Assembly (NCBI GenBank): GCA_963808745.1 | Contig: CAWEGX010000019.1 | Span: forward strand, 10,212 to 74,211 | Length of the DNA: 64,000 nucleotides | Direction of reading: 5' to 3' | From: an uncultured Bacteroidales bacterium | GTDB taxonomy: Bacteria > Bacteroidota > Bacteroidia > Bacteroidales > UBA10428 | Part shown: piece after piece, positions 22,401 through 31,863 of the stretch | Numbering within the stretch: the first letter of the stretch is position 1 | Layout: the number at the start of each line of letters is the position of its first letter | Made by a program: the position numbers and the translations under genes | Notes under the pieces: model-generated | Databases searched by the model: none | What the model was told of the DNA's origin: nothing | Seen by the model: only the letters and a program-made list of their open reading frames with translations

Positions 22401-23503
22401 CTACCCCAATTATTATCAGATACATTATTAAAACCGTAATAAATAATAGGCCTGGAATTATCTAATTCGGTTCTTAATAAATTTGACCAATCAGTTGTTG
22501 AATAATTCTGCTTATTAAGAAATTGAATTCCTGATGAATATTTAAAGTAATTAACAAACACATCATTTGTGGGCCAGGCACCGGAACCATAAGGTCCATA
22601 ATTCATTTGAATAGAAACGCCACAATGATAGACCAATGTTGAAACAGCATTTCTAGCTGTACTGCTACTCGATGAGGACAGAGCATCAGGCATTTGAGCC
22701 CAATTATAAGTAGTTGCTCCTAAATTTGGCATCCATCCATAAGAGGAATTAGCTATTGGATTACCATTCTCATCAGTATTTATTGCATCAGTATAGCCTG
22801 GTATAGGATTATTTGTTGATGGATAATTCCAGTATTTCATTATTTGAGCCATTGCAACTGCACTACAGCCGGCCCAAACATGGTTACATTGACCGCTTCG
22901 GGAATCTACTGGACACAAATCATTGTAATAGCAACCCTGGCTCCATAGTGTTGTAATTAATGGTGCCACTGCATTGGGGGGCCCATAGTTTTTCAGTTCA
23001 ACTGTACTCGAATACTTTGTCCATTCTTCACTAGTTTCTGGCTTTGCTGTTAAATTGTTTTGAATAGCATATTTTATCTGTTCTTTATAACTATTCATCC
23101 ATGCCCTATAAGCCGGAGGCTGATCATTTTCAGAAAACTCTCCTGTAAATGAATATCCTAAAATTGCAGGGATTCTTTGATCCCCGGAGACAATAACAAA
23201 ACCATTTTTACCCTTCACATTGAATATGTAGTATAGTGGTAAAGTTTGACTTGTATTTTTTAGGTTATTTTTACCTAAATTATCATTTTCCTTATGTGCC
23301 AAATAAAACTCTAAATTTTGAATTGAAATACTTTTTAAATGCATTTGATTGCCTTGTGATAAGCTAGAAATGTAGAAATTTTTTGCAACAAGGAGAGCAT
23401 TAACACTATCAACTGGTTGCGCGTACGAAAAGTTAATAACAACCAAATTAATTAAGATATAAAGTATCAAAAAAGACACTTTCCATTTATAAGATGTTTT
23501 CAT
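19418..23503 (-). CDS. C10 (streptopain-family) cysteine peptidase with LamG-like domain, six PPC-type repeats and T9SS C-terminal sorting domain
   Basis: Likely start MKTSYKWKVSFLILYILINLVV. Catalytic Cys context WAGCSAVAMAQIMKYWNYP. His context GSGHAFVCDGY, plus NWGWGGNSNGYYY. LamG-like segment (WHNAKIVYKDNVVYVYMDD). Six GENDWYKF...YMYLY...DDDDG repeats. C-terminal LNVFPNPTSD...GLYFVRIVTSGKIITSKFIKN. Confidence 0.85.
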   Translation of the reverse strand: MKTSYKWKVSFLILYILINLVVINFSYAQPVDSVNALLVAKNFYISSLSQGNQMHLKSISIQNLEFYLAHKENDNLGKNNLKNTSQTLPLYYIFNVKGKNGFVIVSGDQRIPAILGYSFTGEFSENDQPPAYRAWMNSYKEQIKYAIQNNLTAKPETSEEWTKYSSTVELKNYGPPNAVAPLITTLWSQGCYYNDLCPVDSRSGQCNHVWAGCSAVAMAQIMKYWNYPSTNNPIPGYTDAINTDENGNPIANSSYGWMPNLGATTYNWAQMPDALSSSSSSTARNAVSTLVYHCGVSIQMNYGPYGSGAWPTNDVFVNYFKYSSGIQFLNKQNYSTTDWSNLLRTELDNSRPIIYYGFNNVSDNNWGSGHAFVCDGYQNTDYFHFNWGWGGNSNGYYYLNDLTPSIYVFNYHQYAHVGIAPEEDNTNLIAHYPLLSDGIDITGQNSPMTLRNAPFQNGGVYCNGIYDLDFPTTGCKVMTPSRINGFNINSFTISMDFMITQLFSSTTYSHPVFIGGTSSRWIGFCHYYEAGLEKVSFLTNNSDYTKTQTSISLNQWHNAKIVYKDNVVYVYMDDILIATKSAILNSSGDYNVGATNYSNATVFKGYLKNLKVYSTPSSAVVTLTVNAAAVNASIGSAGENDWYKFQTGTAGTYTMQTYGSTDMYMYLYQSDQTTLIEEDDDDGDGNNSLITRSLSANTWYYVKTKAYSASATGNYSIDVKTAATNIVTLTVNAAAVNASIGSAGENDWYKFQTGTAGTYTMQTYGSTDMYMYLYQSDQTTLIEEDDDDGDGNNSLISRSLSANTWYYVKTKAYSASATGNYSIDVKTAATNIVTLTVNAAAVNASIGSAGENDWYKFQTGTAGTYTMQTYGSTDMYMYLYQSDQTTLIEEDDDDGDGNNSLITRSLSANTWYYVKTKAYSASATGNYSIDVKTAATNIVTLTVNAAAVNASIGSAGENDWYKFQTGTAGTYTMQTYGSTDMYMYLYQSDQTTLIEEDDDDGDGNNSLITRSLSANTWYYVKTKAYSASATGNYSIDVKTAATNIVTLTVNAAAVNASIGSAGENDWYKFQTGTAGTYTMQTYGSTDMYMYLYQSDQTTLIEEDDDDGDGNNSLISRSLSANTWYYVKVRAYSASATGNYSIDVKTEATNVVTLTVFAAAVNASISSAGENDWYKFQTVNGGPWVYIVQTQGSLDTYMYLYDSDQTTLLDSDDDDGEGLNAMISRQDYPFGWYYVKVKAYSSTATGSYSIGLTGQWPDVAAIKEIKDNANAIGEDSLVHKNISLNVFPNPTSDMICVIMNGNSDNILRLEIISPTGQQVFMKPLETNQQINEIIDVQDFPSGLYFVRIVTSGKIITSKFIKN
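19736..21643 (-). repeat. 6 x 318-bp in-frame tandem repeats (106 aa each); five near-identical, one diverged
   Basis: The motif cagtctt[t/g]acatcgatggaataatt recurs at 20068, 20386, 20704, 21022 and 21340 (period 318). Sequence variants pair at a 954-bp offset (for example 20157/21111 and 20386/21340), which indicates a 3-unit higher-order duplication. Confidence 0.95.
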
Positions 23504-23864
23504 GTGAGTAGGTATTAAAGGGTTATTATTGATTGGATATGTATACTTTAAGTGGGGTATGTATACTTTAATAAGCCTCCGACAAATTATCAACGAATTT
23601 GTCAGACTTTATTCAATTAGCCGTCAGGTTTATGACCATCGTAAAATGATAAGAATTTTTAATGTTTTAATAGGCGTATGTTTTAGTTAAACATTACGAC
23701 CAAATGATTTGGAGGATCAAAAACTACTTCCTTGAAATGACTTAATAAGTTACAAAAACAAAAACCTTAAGTCAAATAATTTTTGACCAATTATTATATT
23801 TAATTGATCAAAAATGACAATGAATCGATGTAATCGATAATTAACAATATAACACTGTCGGTAA

Positions 23865-24116
23865 TTGGGAATGCAACAAATCAGTATGGGTTCGGGCAGG
23901 TCAGTTACTGTTTATACAATGGGACCTCATGCACGCAGAAGTCTGGCATGTTATAGAAAAGCTTTCGGTAAATCTGCGGAAACAGGGGTAATTTCCGGCA
24001 AGGATATACGGACAACCCCGGATAACTGGTACAAGTCCGTTCGCGGCTGGAAGGAAATTATTTATGAAACCGCAGGGTTGATATATATTTCTCTTGTGAT
24101 AAAACCCTGGAGATAA
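23865..24116 (+). pseudogene. C-terminal fragment of a DUF218 (ElyC/SanA/YdcF)-like gene
   Basis: SGRSVTVYTMGPHARRSLACYRKAFG...PDNWYKSVRGWKEIIYETAGLIY resembles the C-terminal third of DUF218 proteins. No upstream continuation is visible in the AT-rich 23600-23860 region. Confidence 0.4.
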
Positions 24117-24121
24117 GGTCC

Positions 24122-24211
24122 GTGTGGGGCAACCCATGAGCCCGAAGGGCTATATCTCAATAACCGTGGGTGCAACCCACGGGTTTTAACTGTGGGTGCC
24201 AACCCATGGTT
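24122..24211. repeat. REP-like hairpin element, copy 1 (three GTGGGT..ACCCAC units)
   Basis: Shares tgagcccgaagggc-atatct-aataaccgtgggt..acccacgg with 26209-26259. Lies between convergent gene ends. Confidence 0.6.
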
Positions 24212-24752
24212 AAAACGTCACCCGGGGTGCCCGGCTGGTTTCCGGATCACCGGCAACACCACGGGCATAATTGGTAACATCCATGGTCACCGGGGTAATT
24301 TTTATAAGAACGAAAATATCCTGCCAATTGGGAATGCTTTCCCAATAATCGCGTTTCATCTTAACCAGCAGCTCCTTGTCGTCAATTACTTCTGCCTTTC
24401 CATTAATAGTAACGTAACCGCTGGCATTCTGATGATCAGCAAAATAGACACACACATTGGGATTGTTTCGCATATCCTTCACCTTCCTGCTTTTCCGGCC
24501 AGTAGCAAACCATATCACCATGTCATCTTTCAGCGGAAAGGGATTCATGGTGCGCACCTGCGGAAGTCCGGTGGAATCAATAGTGGCCAGGGCGCAATAA
24601 TGAGTGGATAGTATTATTTCACGGGCTGCCTTGATTAATGTGTCTTTCGGAAGGGTAGTCTGCTGAGTTTGCGCGATTCCATTCAGGGAAAGGAAGGCAA
24701 GAAATACAATGAAAAGGCCAATGCGTTGTGTTTTGAAGTAATTGTTTTTCAT
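24210..24752 (-). CDS. pyridoxamine 5'-phosphate oxidase-family (FMN-binding split-barrel) protein with signal peptide
   Basis: CALATIDSTGLPQVRTMNPFP...VIWFATGRKSRKVKDMRNNPNVCVYF...VTINGKAEVIDD pattern of general-stress-protein-26/PNPOx-like proteins. Confidence 0.7.
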   Translation of the reverse strand: MKNNYFKTQRIGLFIVFLAFLSLNGIAQTQQTTLPKDTLIKAAREIILSTHYCALATIDSTGLPQVRTMNPFPLKDDMVIWFATGRKSRKVKDMRNNPNVCVYFADHQNASGYVTINGKAEVIDDKELLVKMKRDYWESIPNWQDIFVLIKITPVTMDVTNYARGVAGDPETSRAPRVTF

Positions 24753-24893
24753 GATATATTTGGGTTTATAAATAGATTTTTATTGTTCATGCTTCGGCAT
24801 TCCGGAACTACTAACTTTTTAGACCGGTTAAAAGAACTTTACCCTATCGGGACTATCTCTTACATTTCCAGTTACTAAATTAATGCATCAATA

Positions 24894-25376
24894 ATGAAAA
24901 AATTAAACTTCCTGGGCATTGGCCCTAAAATCGCAGTCATTCTTCTACCATGGCTTGCAGCCACTATCGTATTAAGTTGTGTTCATATTGACTTTTTCAA
25001 ATTCAGCCGGGAAGGCTCTGACGCTTTGTTCATCGCCGGAATTGTACTACTGGCTATTGGCCTGACCTTTTATTTTTCAACAGTACGATTGCTGCTGAAA
25101 GGGCTCAAGGAATCAAGGCTAATGACGACCGGAACCTACGGGTTATGTCAGAATCCATTATATGCATCCCTTATTCTGATGATAATCCCTTCGCTTTCAT
25201 TATTGCTTAACTCCTGGCTGATTTTAACGTCCAGCATCGTGGGATATTTAAGGTTCAGGAGATTCATTCATCAGGAGTATGAAGAACTCAGCGGATTTTT
25301 TGGAGAGGAATATATACAATATAAAAACCGTACTCCGGAATTATTCCCCTTCCTTAGTAAAAAGATGAAGAAGTAA
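24894..25376 (+). CDS. isoprenylcysteine carboxyl methyltransferase (ICMT/PEMT)-family membrane methyltransferase
   Basis: Four or five TM segments. LMTTGTYGLCQNPLYASL matches the family motif (L.T.G.Y...RNP.Y). Confidence 0.65.
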   Translation: MKKLNFLGIGPKIAVILLPWLAATIVLSCVHIDFFKFSREGSDALFIAGIVLLAIGLTFYFSTVRLLLKGLKESRLMTTGTYGLCQNPLYASLILMIIPSLSLLLNSWLILTSSIVGYLRFRRFIHQEYEELSGFFGEEYIQYKNRTPELFPFLSKKMKK

Positions 25377-25486
25377 CCAGGTTTTGTTTGATGAATACCG
25401 GGATGATCCTTACCCGTCACCTTTTCACTTGCCGGTCTTTCCGATTTACATTAATTTAGAGTTTCTCAAACATTTTAACAGTACTT

Positions 25487-26185
25487 ATGCGAAAGTGGGT
25501 AATTGGTGATATTCACGGGGCAAATAAAGCACTGATCCAATGCTTTGAAAGATCGGCCTTCGACACTCAGAACGATATGCTCATCTGCCTGGGTGACCTC
25601 TGTGACCGCTGGCCGGAAGTCAATAAGGTTTTTGATACAATGCTTACCGTTCAAAACCTGGTTTTGCTTCTTGGAAATCACGATGAATGGGCCCTGGATT
25701 GGTTTCTGCATGGGAAAGCACCTGATATCTGGCTTACCCAGGGCGGGGATAAAACAAGAGAATGCTATCCCCATGGCGTTCCGCAAAAGCATATTGATCT
25801 GTTGAAGAATGCGCTGCTTTATTATGAAATGGAAAATAAGCTGTTCGTTCATGCTGGTTTTGATCCACATTTGGAAATAAAGAAACAGGACAGGCACACC
25901 CTATTGTGGGATAGAAGTTTCATAAAGAAAGTGCTCCATTATAACCGGGATGGTGAAAATCATAAGCTTACCACCTATGATGAAGTTTACCTTGGCCATA
26001 CCCCAACCCTCAATTTCGGACAATCACAACCTATGAAAACCAGTGAGGTATATCTTATAGATACCGGAGCCGGATGGAAGGGCGGCGTATTATCCATGAT
26101 GGACATCGACAGCAAGGAATACTTTCAGAGTGATCCTGTGGATCATTTGTATGCTGGTTACGGGGCCTGGGGTGAAGTGGGTTGA
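25487..26185 (+). CDS. metallophosphoesterase (Ser/Thr phosphatase PrpA/ApaH-like)
   Basis: GDIHG, GDLCDRW and GNHDEW motifs in canonical order. Confidence 0.85.
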   Translation: MRKWVIGDIHGANKALIQCFERSAFDTQNDMLICLGDLCDRWPEVNKVFDTMLTVQNLVLLLGNHDEWALDWFLHGKAPDIWLTQGGDKTRECYPHGVPQKHIDLLKNALLYYEMENKLFVHAGFDPHLEIKKQDRHTLLWDRSFIKKVLHYNRDGENHKLTTYDEVYLGHTPTLNFGQSQPMKTSEVYLIDTGAGWKGGVLSMMDIDSKEYFQSDPVDHLYAGYGAWGEVG

Positions 26186-26208
26186 CATTCGCGGTGACCG
26201 AGGCCTCC

Positions 26209-26283
26209 TGAGCCCGAAGGGCGATATCTGAATAACCGTGGGTTGCACCCACGGTTATTGAAATCAAGCCACTTCGTGGCTGG
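26209..26283. repeat. REP-like hairpin element, copy 2
   Basis: Perfect 13-bp stem aataaccgtgggt/acccacggttatt (26231-26259), followed by a second hairpin agccac-ttc-gtggct. Sits immediately 3' of the phosphoesterase gene. Confidence 0.6.
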
Positions 26284-26460
26284 GACTAAAAAATGTAAAA
26301 AATCTGTCCGGTTTCGCACGCTCTTTGTTCAGATTTATACAAAAATCGTTTTCAGGTTTTGTATATTACATATTGATATACAATAACATATATTAATATG
26401 GCATGTTTTGTGATCTGTATCTTCCATTGTATAAATACATAATAATGGGAGGTCAAAATC

Positions 26461-26910
26461 ATGAAAAAACTATTAGTTGTTTTGGTGGCAGCTTTAATCT
26501 GCCTGCCTGGTTTTTCCGGCAATGACTGGATGGAAACGGGTAATGGAAAAATTGACTGCAAAAGAATAAACCTTCGTTTGAACAAGGCAAATGTTGTTCT
26601 GGAGGACGGACAGAAGATGGAAGTAAACTACCGTGATATCAATTCGTTTTCCCAGGATGGGAAGGTATATGTCAAACTTCGTTTGTTCGAGGAAAATAAA
26701 CCTACAAACAAAATGGCATTTATGGAACTGGTTGGTACATGGAATAACCTGAAACTGGTAAAGCTTTCGGTAGAAAACATCGGATTTGGTGCCGCAACAA
26801 AATCAAGCCAATATTACCTTTATAATGGATCTAAATATCATCTGCAGCTCGATGACCGGAGCTTAAAAAACACCTGCAATACGTTTGGACTTAATTACGA
26901 TGAAATTTAA
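26461..26910 (+). CDS. hypothetical secreted protein
   Basis: Signal peptide MKKLLVVLVAALICLPGFSG. SD-like GGGAGG at 26447-26452. No family recognised. Confidence 0.45.
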   Translation: MKKLLVVLVAALICLPGFSGNDWMETGNGKIDCKRINLRLNKANVVLEDGQKMEVNYRDINSFSQDGKVYVKLRLFEENKPTNKMAFMELVGTWNNLKLVKLSVENIGFGAATKSSQYYLYNGSKYHLQLDDRSLKNTCNTFGLNYDEI

Positions 26911-26923
26911 TCAATAAAACCAC

Positions 26924-26959
26924 AAAAAAATCCTGCCTTCATGGCAGGATTTTTTTTTG
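26924..26959. terminator. bidirectional rho-independent terminator
   Basis: A7 run, then stem atcctgcc / ggcaggat with a short loop, then a T9 run. Lies between the convergent genes ending at 26910 and 26969. Confidence 0.7.
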
Positions 26960-26968
26960 GATGAAATT

Positions 26969-28251
26969 TTAATGGACTACAACCATTTTGGTTTCAGAAA
27001 CCCGGTCACCCGATATCATGCGAACAAGATATATACCTGGACTTTAGTCCTGAGATATCATAATTTATGGTATGCTCGCCGGAGATTCGAACTCCTTTGG
27101 CAACATCATCAATAAAACGGCCATACAAGTCATAAATGCCAATATCAACTAGCGAATTATCTTGTCCGGAGTAAACTATGTTTGAAATGGATGTGACAGG
27201 ATTCGGAATGCACCTGATAAGTAAACCGCATTGTGATGTTTCATCTGTTTGAATAATACCTGTGGGTAATTTTCCCTTTACGAATTGTCTCATCCATAAA
27301 TACATATTCATCACATTTTGTTCGAGATATTCGTGTCCCCCGCTAAAAGTAACGAACTTAAGATTTAAGTTTCCGGCATTCTGTCAATAACTGGTAGGCC
27401 TTCTGATTAATTCCAAGCAAGCCGTCACTGATTTCCGCAGACAAAATAGGCAGGCATGTTTTTTAAAGCATGGGCGAATTTTTATTCACATATCGGATTA
27501 TACTCCAGGGCGCCTGCCATTATTCCAAGGGCAGCCCAGGTGTCCGGTGATTTGCTCGCAATTCTCCATGCCCCGTAGCCGCCCATCGAATGTCCGCTCA
27601 GGTATTTTCTGTCCGGATCAATCTGAGCAACATTTTCAAGTGCCGCCATGCATTCCCAGATATCGGTTTCGGCTATTCCCAAATACCAAAGGTTACCTCG
27701 TCCCCAGGGGGATAACAGGAAGCCATCCTCAAATGAGGCACTGTTTGAGGGGCCTTGCAAATAGGGATATGTCATATACTGAATTGAATTTCCAGCCACG
27801 CTCCCATAAACCATGAAGCTGAATATAAAGGGGATATTTGTTTTCCGGATTCCAGTCTTTTGGAAGGGTCAGCAACGAGAATGAAACCTTTCCATCGGTC
27901 GGGGAAACCCATGAAATGATGAAAGGCCTCTTTCTTTGCAGATAAGTAGTCATCTTTAGCGCATTGGCCGGATCGCTCACATTGATGAAAGCGTTGTAGG
28001 TATTTTTTAAAAATGTGGAATCTGCTCTGATTCAGGCCGAATTTTGAATTGATAACAGCCAGCATTGAATTACAATGCATCCTGAAAAAGTCATTTTCTG
28101 TTTTTTCAGAAAGTGAAACCAGGGTGTCTTTCAGGGCTTGAATATAGTCTATGGCAGCTATGATTATATTTCAGATTATTATCCTGGCATTCTGTTTTTT
28201 CAAGGATGACAATCATAAGAAGCAAACAAAAGAGTAATTTTAAGTTTCATT
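26969..28251 (-). pseudogene. alpha/beta-hydrolase (esterase) with T9SS C-terminal domain, heavily fragmented
   Basis: Nucleophile elbow GHSMGGYGAW (ORF 27482-27814). N-terminal pieces in ORFs 27729-27980 and 27772-28080. Start MKLKITLLFAS at 28251. The T9SS tail GIYLVRMISGDRVSETKMVVVH* is readable only after a frame change near 27050. Confidence 0.6.
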
Positions 28252-28365
28252 AAAGTGGTTTTCTTTATAGACACCCTGATCCGTAAAATACCCTTCCATG
28301 TTCTTAAATTAGTTCGCTGTAAGGACATTTTGTATATTTAATGTTTAGAACATTAAATTCTCAAA

Positions 28366-29843
28366 ATGAAACCATTAGTCTATTTTGTCAGTTTTTTCTT
28401 TTTTTGCTCAAATGTTTTCGGGCAACAGGGTTTTAGATATACTTATCTTGATAATTATGATTCAGAAGGAAGAACCGGCCTTATAACATCCGATAGTTGT
28501 TATATTGCGATTGGAAGTGTAGATGAATTTATAAAAACTGATACAGTACTAAATAATTGCGTTGATTGTCCACTCCCTTACGATACAATCATTTATGATA
28601 TAATAAGGCCCGATATCCTGGTGGTAAAAACGGATCGACATGGTGATACATTATGGACAAAGCGAATTGGTGCAGAAGGAATGGACATGGGGTTTACCAT
28701 TTCTGAAACCCACGACATGGGATATATTCTGGGCGGAATTGACAGCAGTTATAAAGGCAGGGTGATCAAACTGGATAAGGCTGGCAAAACAGAATGGACT
28801 TGATACCTTAGATTAACTATTATCCTGAGAAAATATTTGTGATGGATACCTTTTATATAGTAGTAGGTACGAAATCCCATATTAGTAGATGGTGATCCCG
28901 ATTTTTTTGCCACCCTGTCTGAATTCTGGTGGAAAGGCAATTGTGGACTAAAAGAATATGGAACATCGGGTGCGGACCCCTATTTAAGTGGCAAATATTT
29001 CGAGTATTTCAATGCAGCCTGCCTCGGAAACAAGAAGAATATATTTTTAGTGGGAGAAAATCAACATGACTTGATTTTTTATAATATAGACTATTCCGGA
29101 AATATATATAGGACAGGGCCGATATGGCGACGAAGAAATCGCAAAAAGCTGTAAGTATTTGTTTAACAAGCGATAATAATTATATAATTCTCTATAATTA
29201 TGCCAGTAATCCTTATGCATTTGCACAGCCCAGATTGTTAAAAATAAGCGAAACAGGGGACAAGATCTGGGAAAAAGGGTACTTTGATTATGAAAATTAT
29301 ATAAATGGAACACACCTGGAAATTACGAACGACGATAAATTCATATTTTCCGGAATCTTAAACTACCATACTTCATTCATGATGAAAACAGGTAACAATG
29401 GAGTTCCAATATGGATAAGGTATTTCGAAAATGATTCAAATGATTATCTGTATCCTGCCTACATAAATGAAACCTATGATGATGGTTACTTTTTGGCCGG
29501 CACAGATAACTTCCAAAAATTATCCATGCTTAAAATATTCGAAGAAAATCTGGTCTATAATGTAGATTACGAGGTTATAACAAATTTGAATGATGAGCTA
29601 ACCGATGATCTTTTTACCATTTTTCCTAATCCTGCAACTAACTACATTTCAATAGAACTGAAGGACGGCAATAAAGCCGGCTTAAATATTACAGACTTAA
29701 CTGGTAAAACAGTTTTCACAAAATCTTTAGATGAAAAACATAATCAGGTGGATATAAGTGATTTAATTAACGGTGTTTACATAGTTAAACTCAATATCCT
29801 TCATAAAACTTATACTAATAAGTTAATAATAAACAGTCGCTAA
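28366..29843 (+). pseudogene. T9SS-sorted secreted repeat protein, fragmented
   Basis: Signal peptide in ORF 28366-28803. T9SS-type C-terminus FTIFPNPATNYISIEL...GVYIVKLNILHKTYTNKLIIN in ORF 29124-29843. The intervening 28803-29124 is open only in shifting frames. Confidence 0.5.
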
Positions 29844-29858
29844 CGGACTTTTACTGAT

Positions 29859-31835
29859 TTACCCCTTTTTAACCAGGATAATTCTGTTCAGAAGCAGGCT
29901 GTTCCGAAGTTTGTCGGTTTTGAAACGAATGGTGATTGTATTTATGAAATCAAGGTAACCTATGTCACACACATAAAGATTATTGTTTCTCTCTTCGTTA
30001 GCCTGATATGTTGATATCCAATCCGAAAGCCGAGTTTGGCGCTGCCATAGGGAAAATTCACATCCGAAGGGTTCCTTCATTACATCAAATAGCACACTAT
30101 ACCTGCCCGGGGGTATATCTGCCAACGATATCCGCAACCATGAATCACTCCCTGGTGTAAACAGGTAACTCTCACCGCCGGTTCCGTATTTCCAGGTTGT
30201 CTTCACTTCCAGATTTCCGAAGATGTTGTAATCCATTAATTGAGGATAGATGATCAGTGTATCGGGAATATAAACTTTCGTCAGTTCATTATCCGGTGCG
30301 GTGGATTCAATGGCCGGAGCATCCGAATAATACAGGGCAAGAGAGGTATAATCAACCGGAAATTTATTGCCGGCAGGGCCATGCTCAATGCTCATGTAAA
30401 AGTTGTTTTCAAATGAAAGTTTATCTGAAACATATAACCGGTAACCCCCGGTTCTGCAAAATGGCAATGAATAATCCATGGCCCCGTGGAGCGGCAGACT
30501 CATTTTACCATCCCACCGGTCCATCATGGCGTACCAGCCCCCGTTAAAATAATCTTCCGAACCGGTACCATGTATCCGGGGGCTTCCGTCGACAGATGCA
30601 GAATCATCACCTTCGAAAAAATAAGTCATTCCGGCCTGAAGTCCCTGGGCTTGCAGAATTGTGCCCACATAATGACCCTTTCCATTTACATTCAGAAAAA
30701 CATGGGGTTTGCCGGGTTGGGATCTCAGGTTTTTGTTCCAGCTGGAGTAAAACTTTCCTTCCTTTTCAGCGATCCTTGGATCTGTTGAATACCTGACACT
30801 TACTGAAACCTGAAAGGGTGACTGCTGTAACGATTCGATCTTCCGGTAAACCAGTTCGATTTTTGCCGACTTATCAAAGGGCATGGGAAAATAGCAATAG
30901 TTAATGTTATCCCGGCTGCCGAGTAACAAGCTTTGCATGGATATTTTTCCAAAAGCATATCCAAAGAAATCCGCAACAGGGCAATATACTGCAGGATTCC
31001 TCTCATCATCCCAGGTAATTTTTATATCCATGTTTTTTGTCAGGCCTTCAAAACTACCAGCAGGATTGAGTTCGATACCTGCAATGCGGCCTCCCTCATT
31101 CCATTCAAAAACCGTTACCGTTTCGCCAGGCTTGATATCAAACTGCTGTGACTTTTCTGAAAGCTTATTTGAATAGAAATCAGAAATCGTCCGGTTTTCC
31201 TTATTCCACAAGGTGGCAATTTTTTCGAGAGATTCTTTTTCCTTGCTGTTCAGATCAATTTTGAAGGGGATAACCTTTGCGTCATTTTCATACAGTCTGT
31301 ACTGGATCTGGTGAAATTGCATCTTCTTACCCCGGCATACGATTTTGCAGCTTGATGCAAAAGGAATTGGCAGATAGCAATAATATCCGCCCAACTGGTT
31401 ACCGCATAAGGGTGCGACAAAAGGATACCTTTTACCTGAAAACAGGTCCAGGTAACAGATTGAGAAGGCCGGATGTATTTTATCATCTATGAAAAAATCA
31501 AGCGTATCCTCTGTGGGCGTAGGGGTCCAGATCCTGTTGATCACTCCGCTTCCTTTCTGGTCAAAAATCACCAGGCTGCCATCTTCATTTCTTTTTAAAA
31601 AGGAGTACGTACCGCTAAAACCATCATCATTATTCCCGGTGGTGTCATACGAGGAAACCTGGGCGCAAAAAGTGCTGTCAAGATATTCAGGCAGTATGGT
31701 GATATCATAAAATGCACGCAATTCTTCAGCCAGGGAATGTTCCTTTGGTAAATGCTTTTGGGGACTGGCAGGTTTTTTTGTGTCGCACGATGTAAGAGAG
31801 ATCCCAACAATGAGGAAAAAACAAAGTGGTTTCAT
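29859..31835 (-). CDS. DUF2961 / GH172-family protein (lipoprotein)
   Basis: Lipobox ISLTSC. GSGVINRIWTPTP and GTGSEDYFNGGW motifs, as recalled for DUF2961. Confidence 0.65.
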   Translation of the reverse strand: MKPLCFFLIVGISLTSCDTKKPASPQKHLPKEHSLAEELRAFYDITILPEYLDSTFCAQVSSYDTTGNNDDGFSGTYSFLKRNEDGSLVIFDQKGSGVINRIWTPTPTEDTLDFFIDDKIHPAFSICYLDLFSGKRYPFVAPLCGNQLGGYYCYLPIPFASSCKIVCRGKKMQFHQIQYRLYENDAKVIPFKIDLNSKEKESLEKIATLWNKENRTISDFYSNKLSEKSQQFDIKPGETVTVFEWNEGGRIAGIELNPAGSFEGLTKNMDIKITWDDERNPAVYCPVADFFGYAFGKISMQSLLLGSRDNINYCYFPMPFDKSAKIELVYRKIESLQQSPFQVSVSVRYSTDPRIAEKEGKFYSSWNKNLRSQPGKPHVFLNVNGKGHYVGTILQAQGLQAGMTYFFEGDDSASVDGSPRIHGTGSEDYFNGGWYAMMDRWDGKMSLPLHGAMDYSLPFCRTGGYRLYVSDKLSFENNFYMSIEHGPAGNKFPVDYTSLALYYSDAPAIESTAPDNELTKVYIPDTLIIYPQLMDYNIFGNLEVKTTWKYGTGGESYLFTPGSDSWLRISLADIPPGRYSVLFDVMKEPFGCEFSLWQRQTRLSDWISTYQANEERNNNLYVCDIGYLDFINTITIRFKTDKLRNSLLLNRIILVKKG

Positions 31836-31863
31836 GATATAAAATAAAAAATAAAAGATAGAA

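Noticed and set aside
18230-23864. A mobile genetic element (integrase, transposase, att sites) for the AT-rich segment
   Set aside because: I could recognise no recombinase gene, tRNA target or terminal repeats. Only the compositional contrast and the truncated neighbour remain.
23901-24137. ORF 23901-24137 on the minus strand
   Set aside because: It is antisense to the DUF218-like fragment and has no motifs. It is probably spurious.
26359-26383. Inverted repeat ttgtatat-N9-atatacaa upstream of 26461 as an operator
   Set aside because: It is a short, AT-only palindrome in an AT-rich promoter region and could easily arise by chance. It is noted only.
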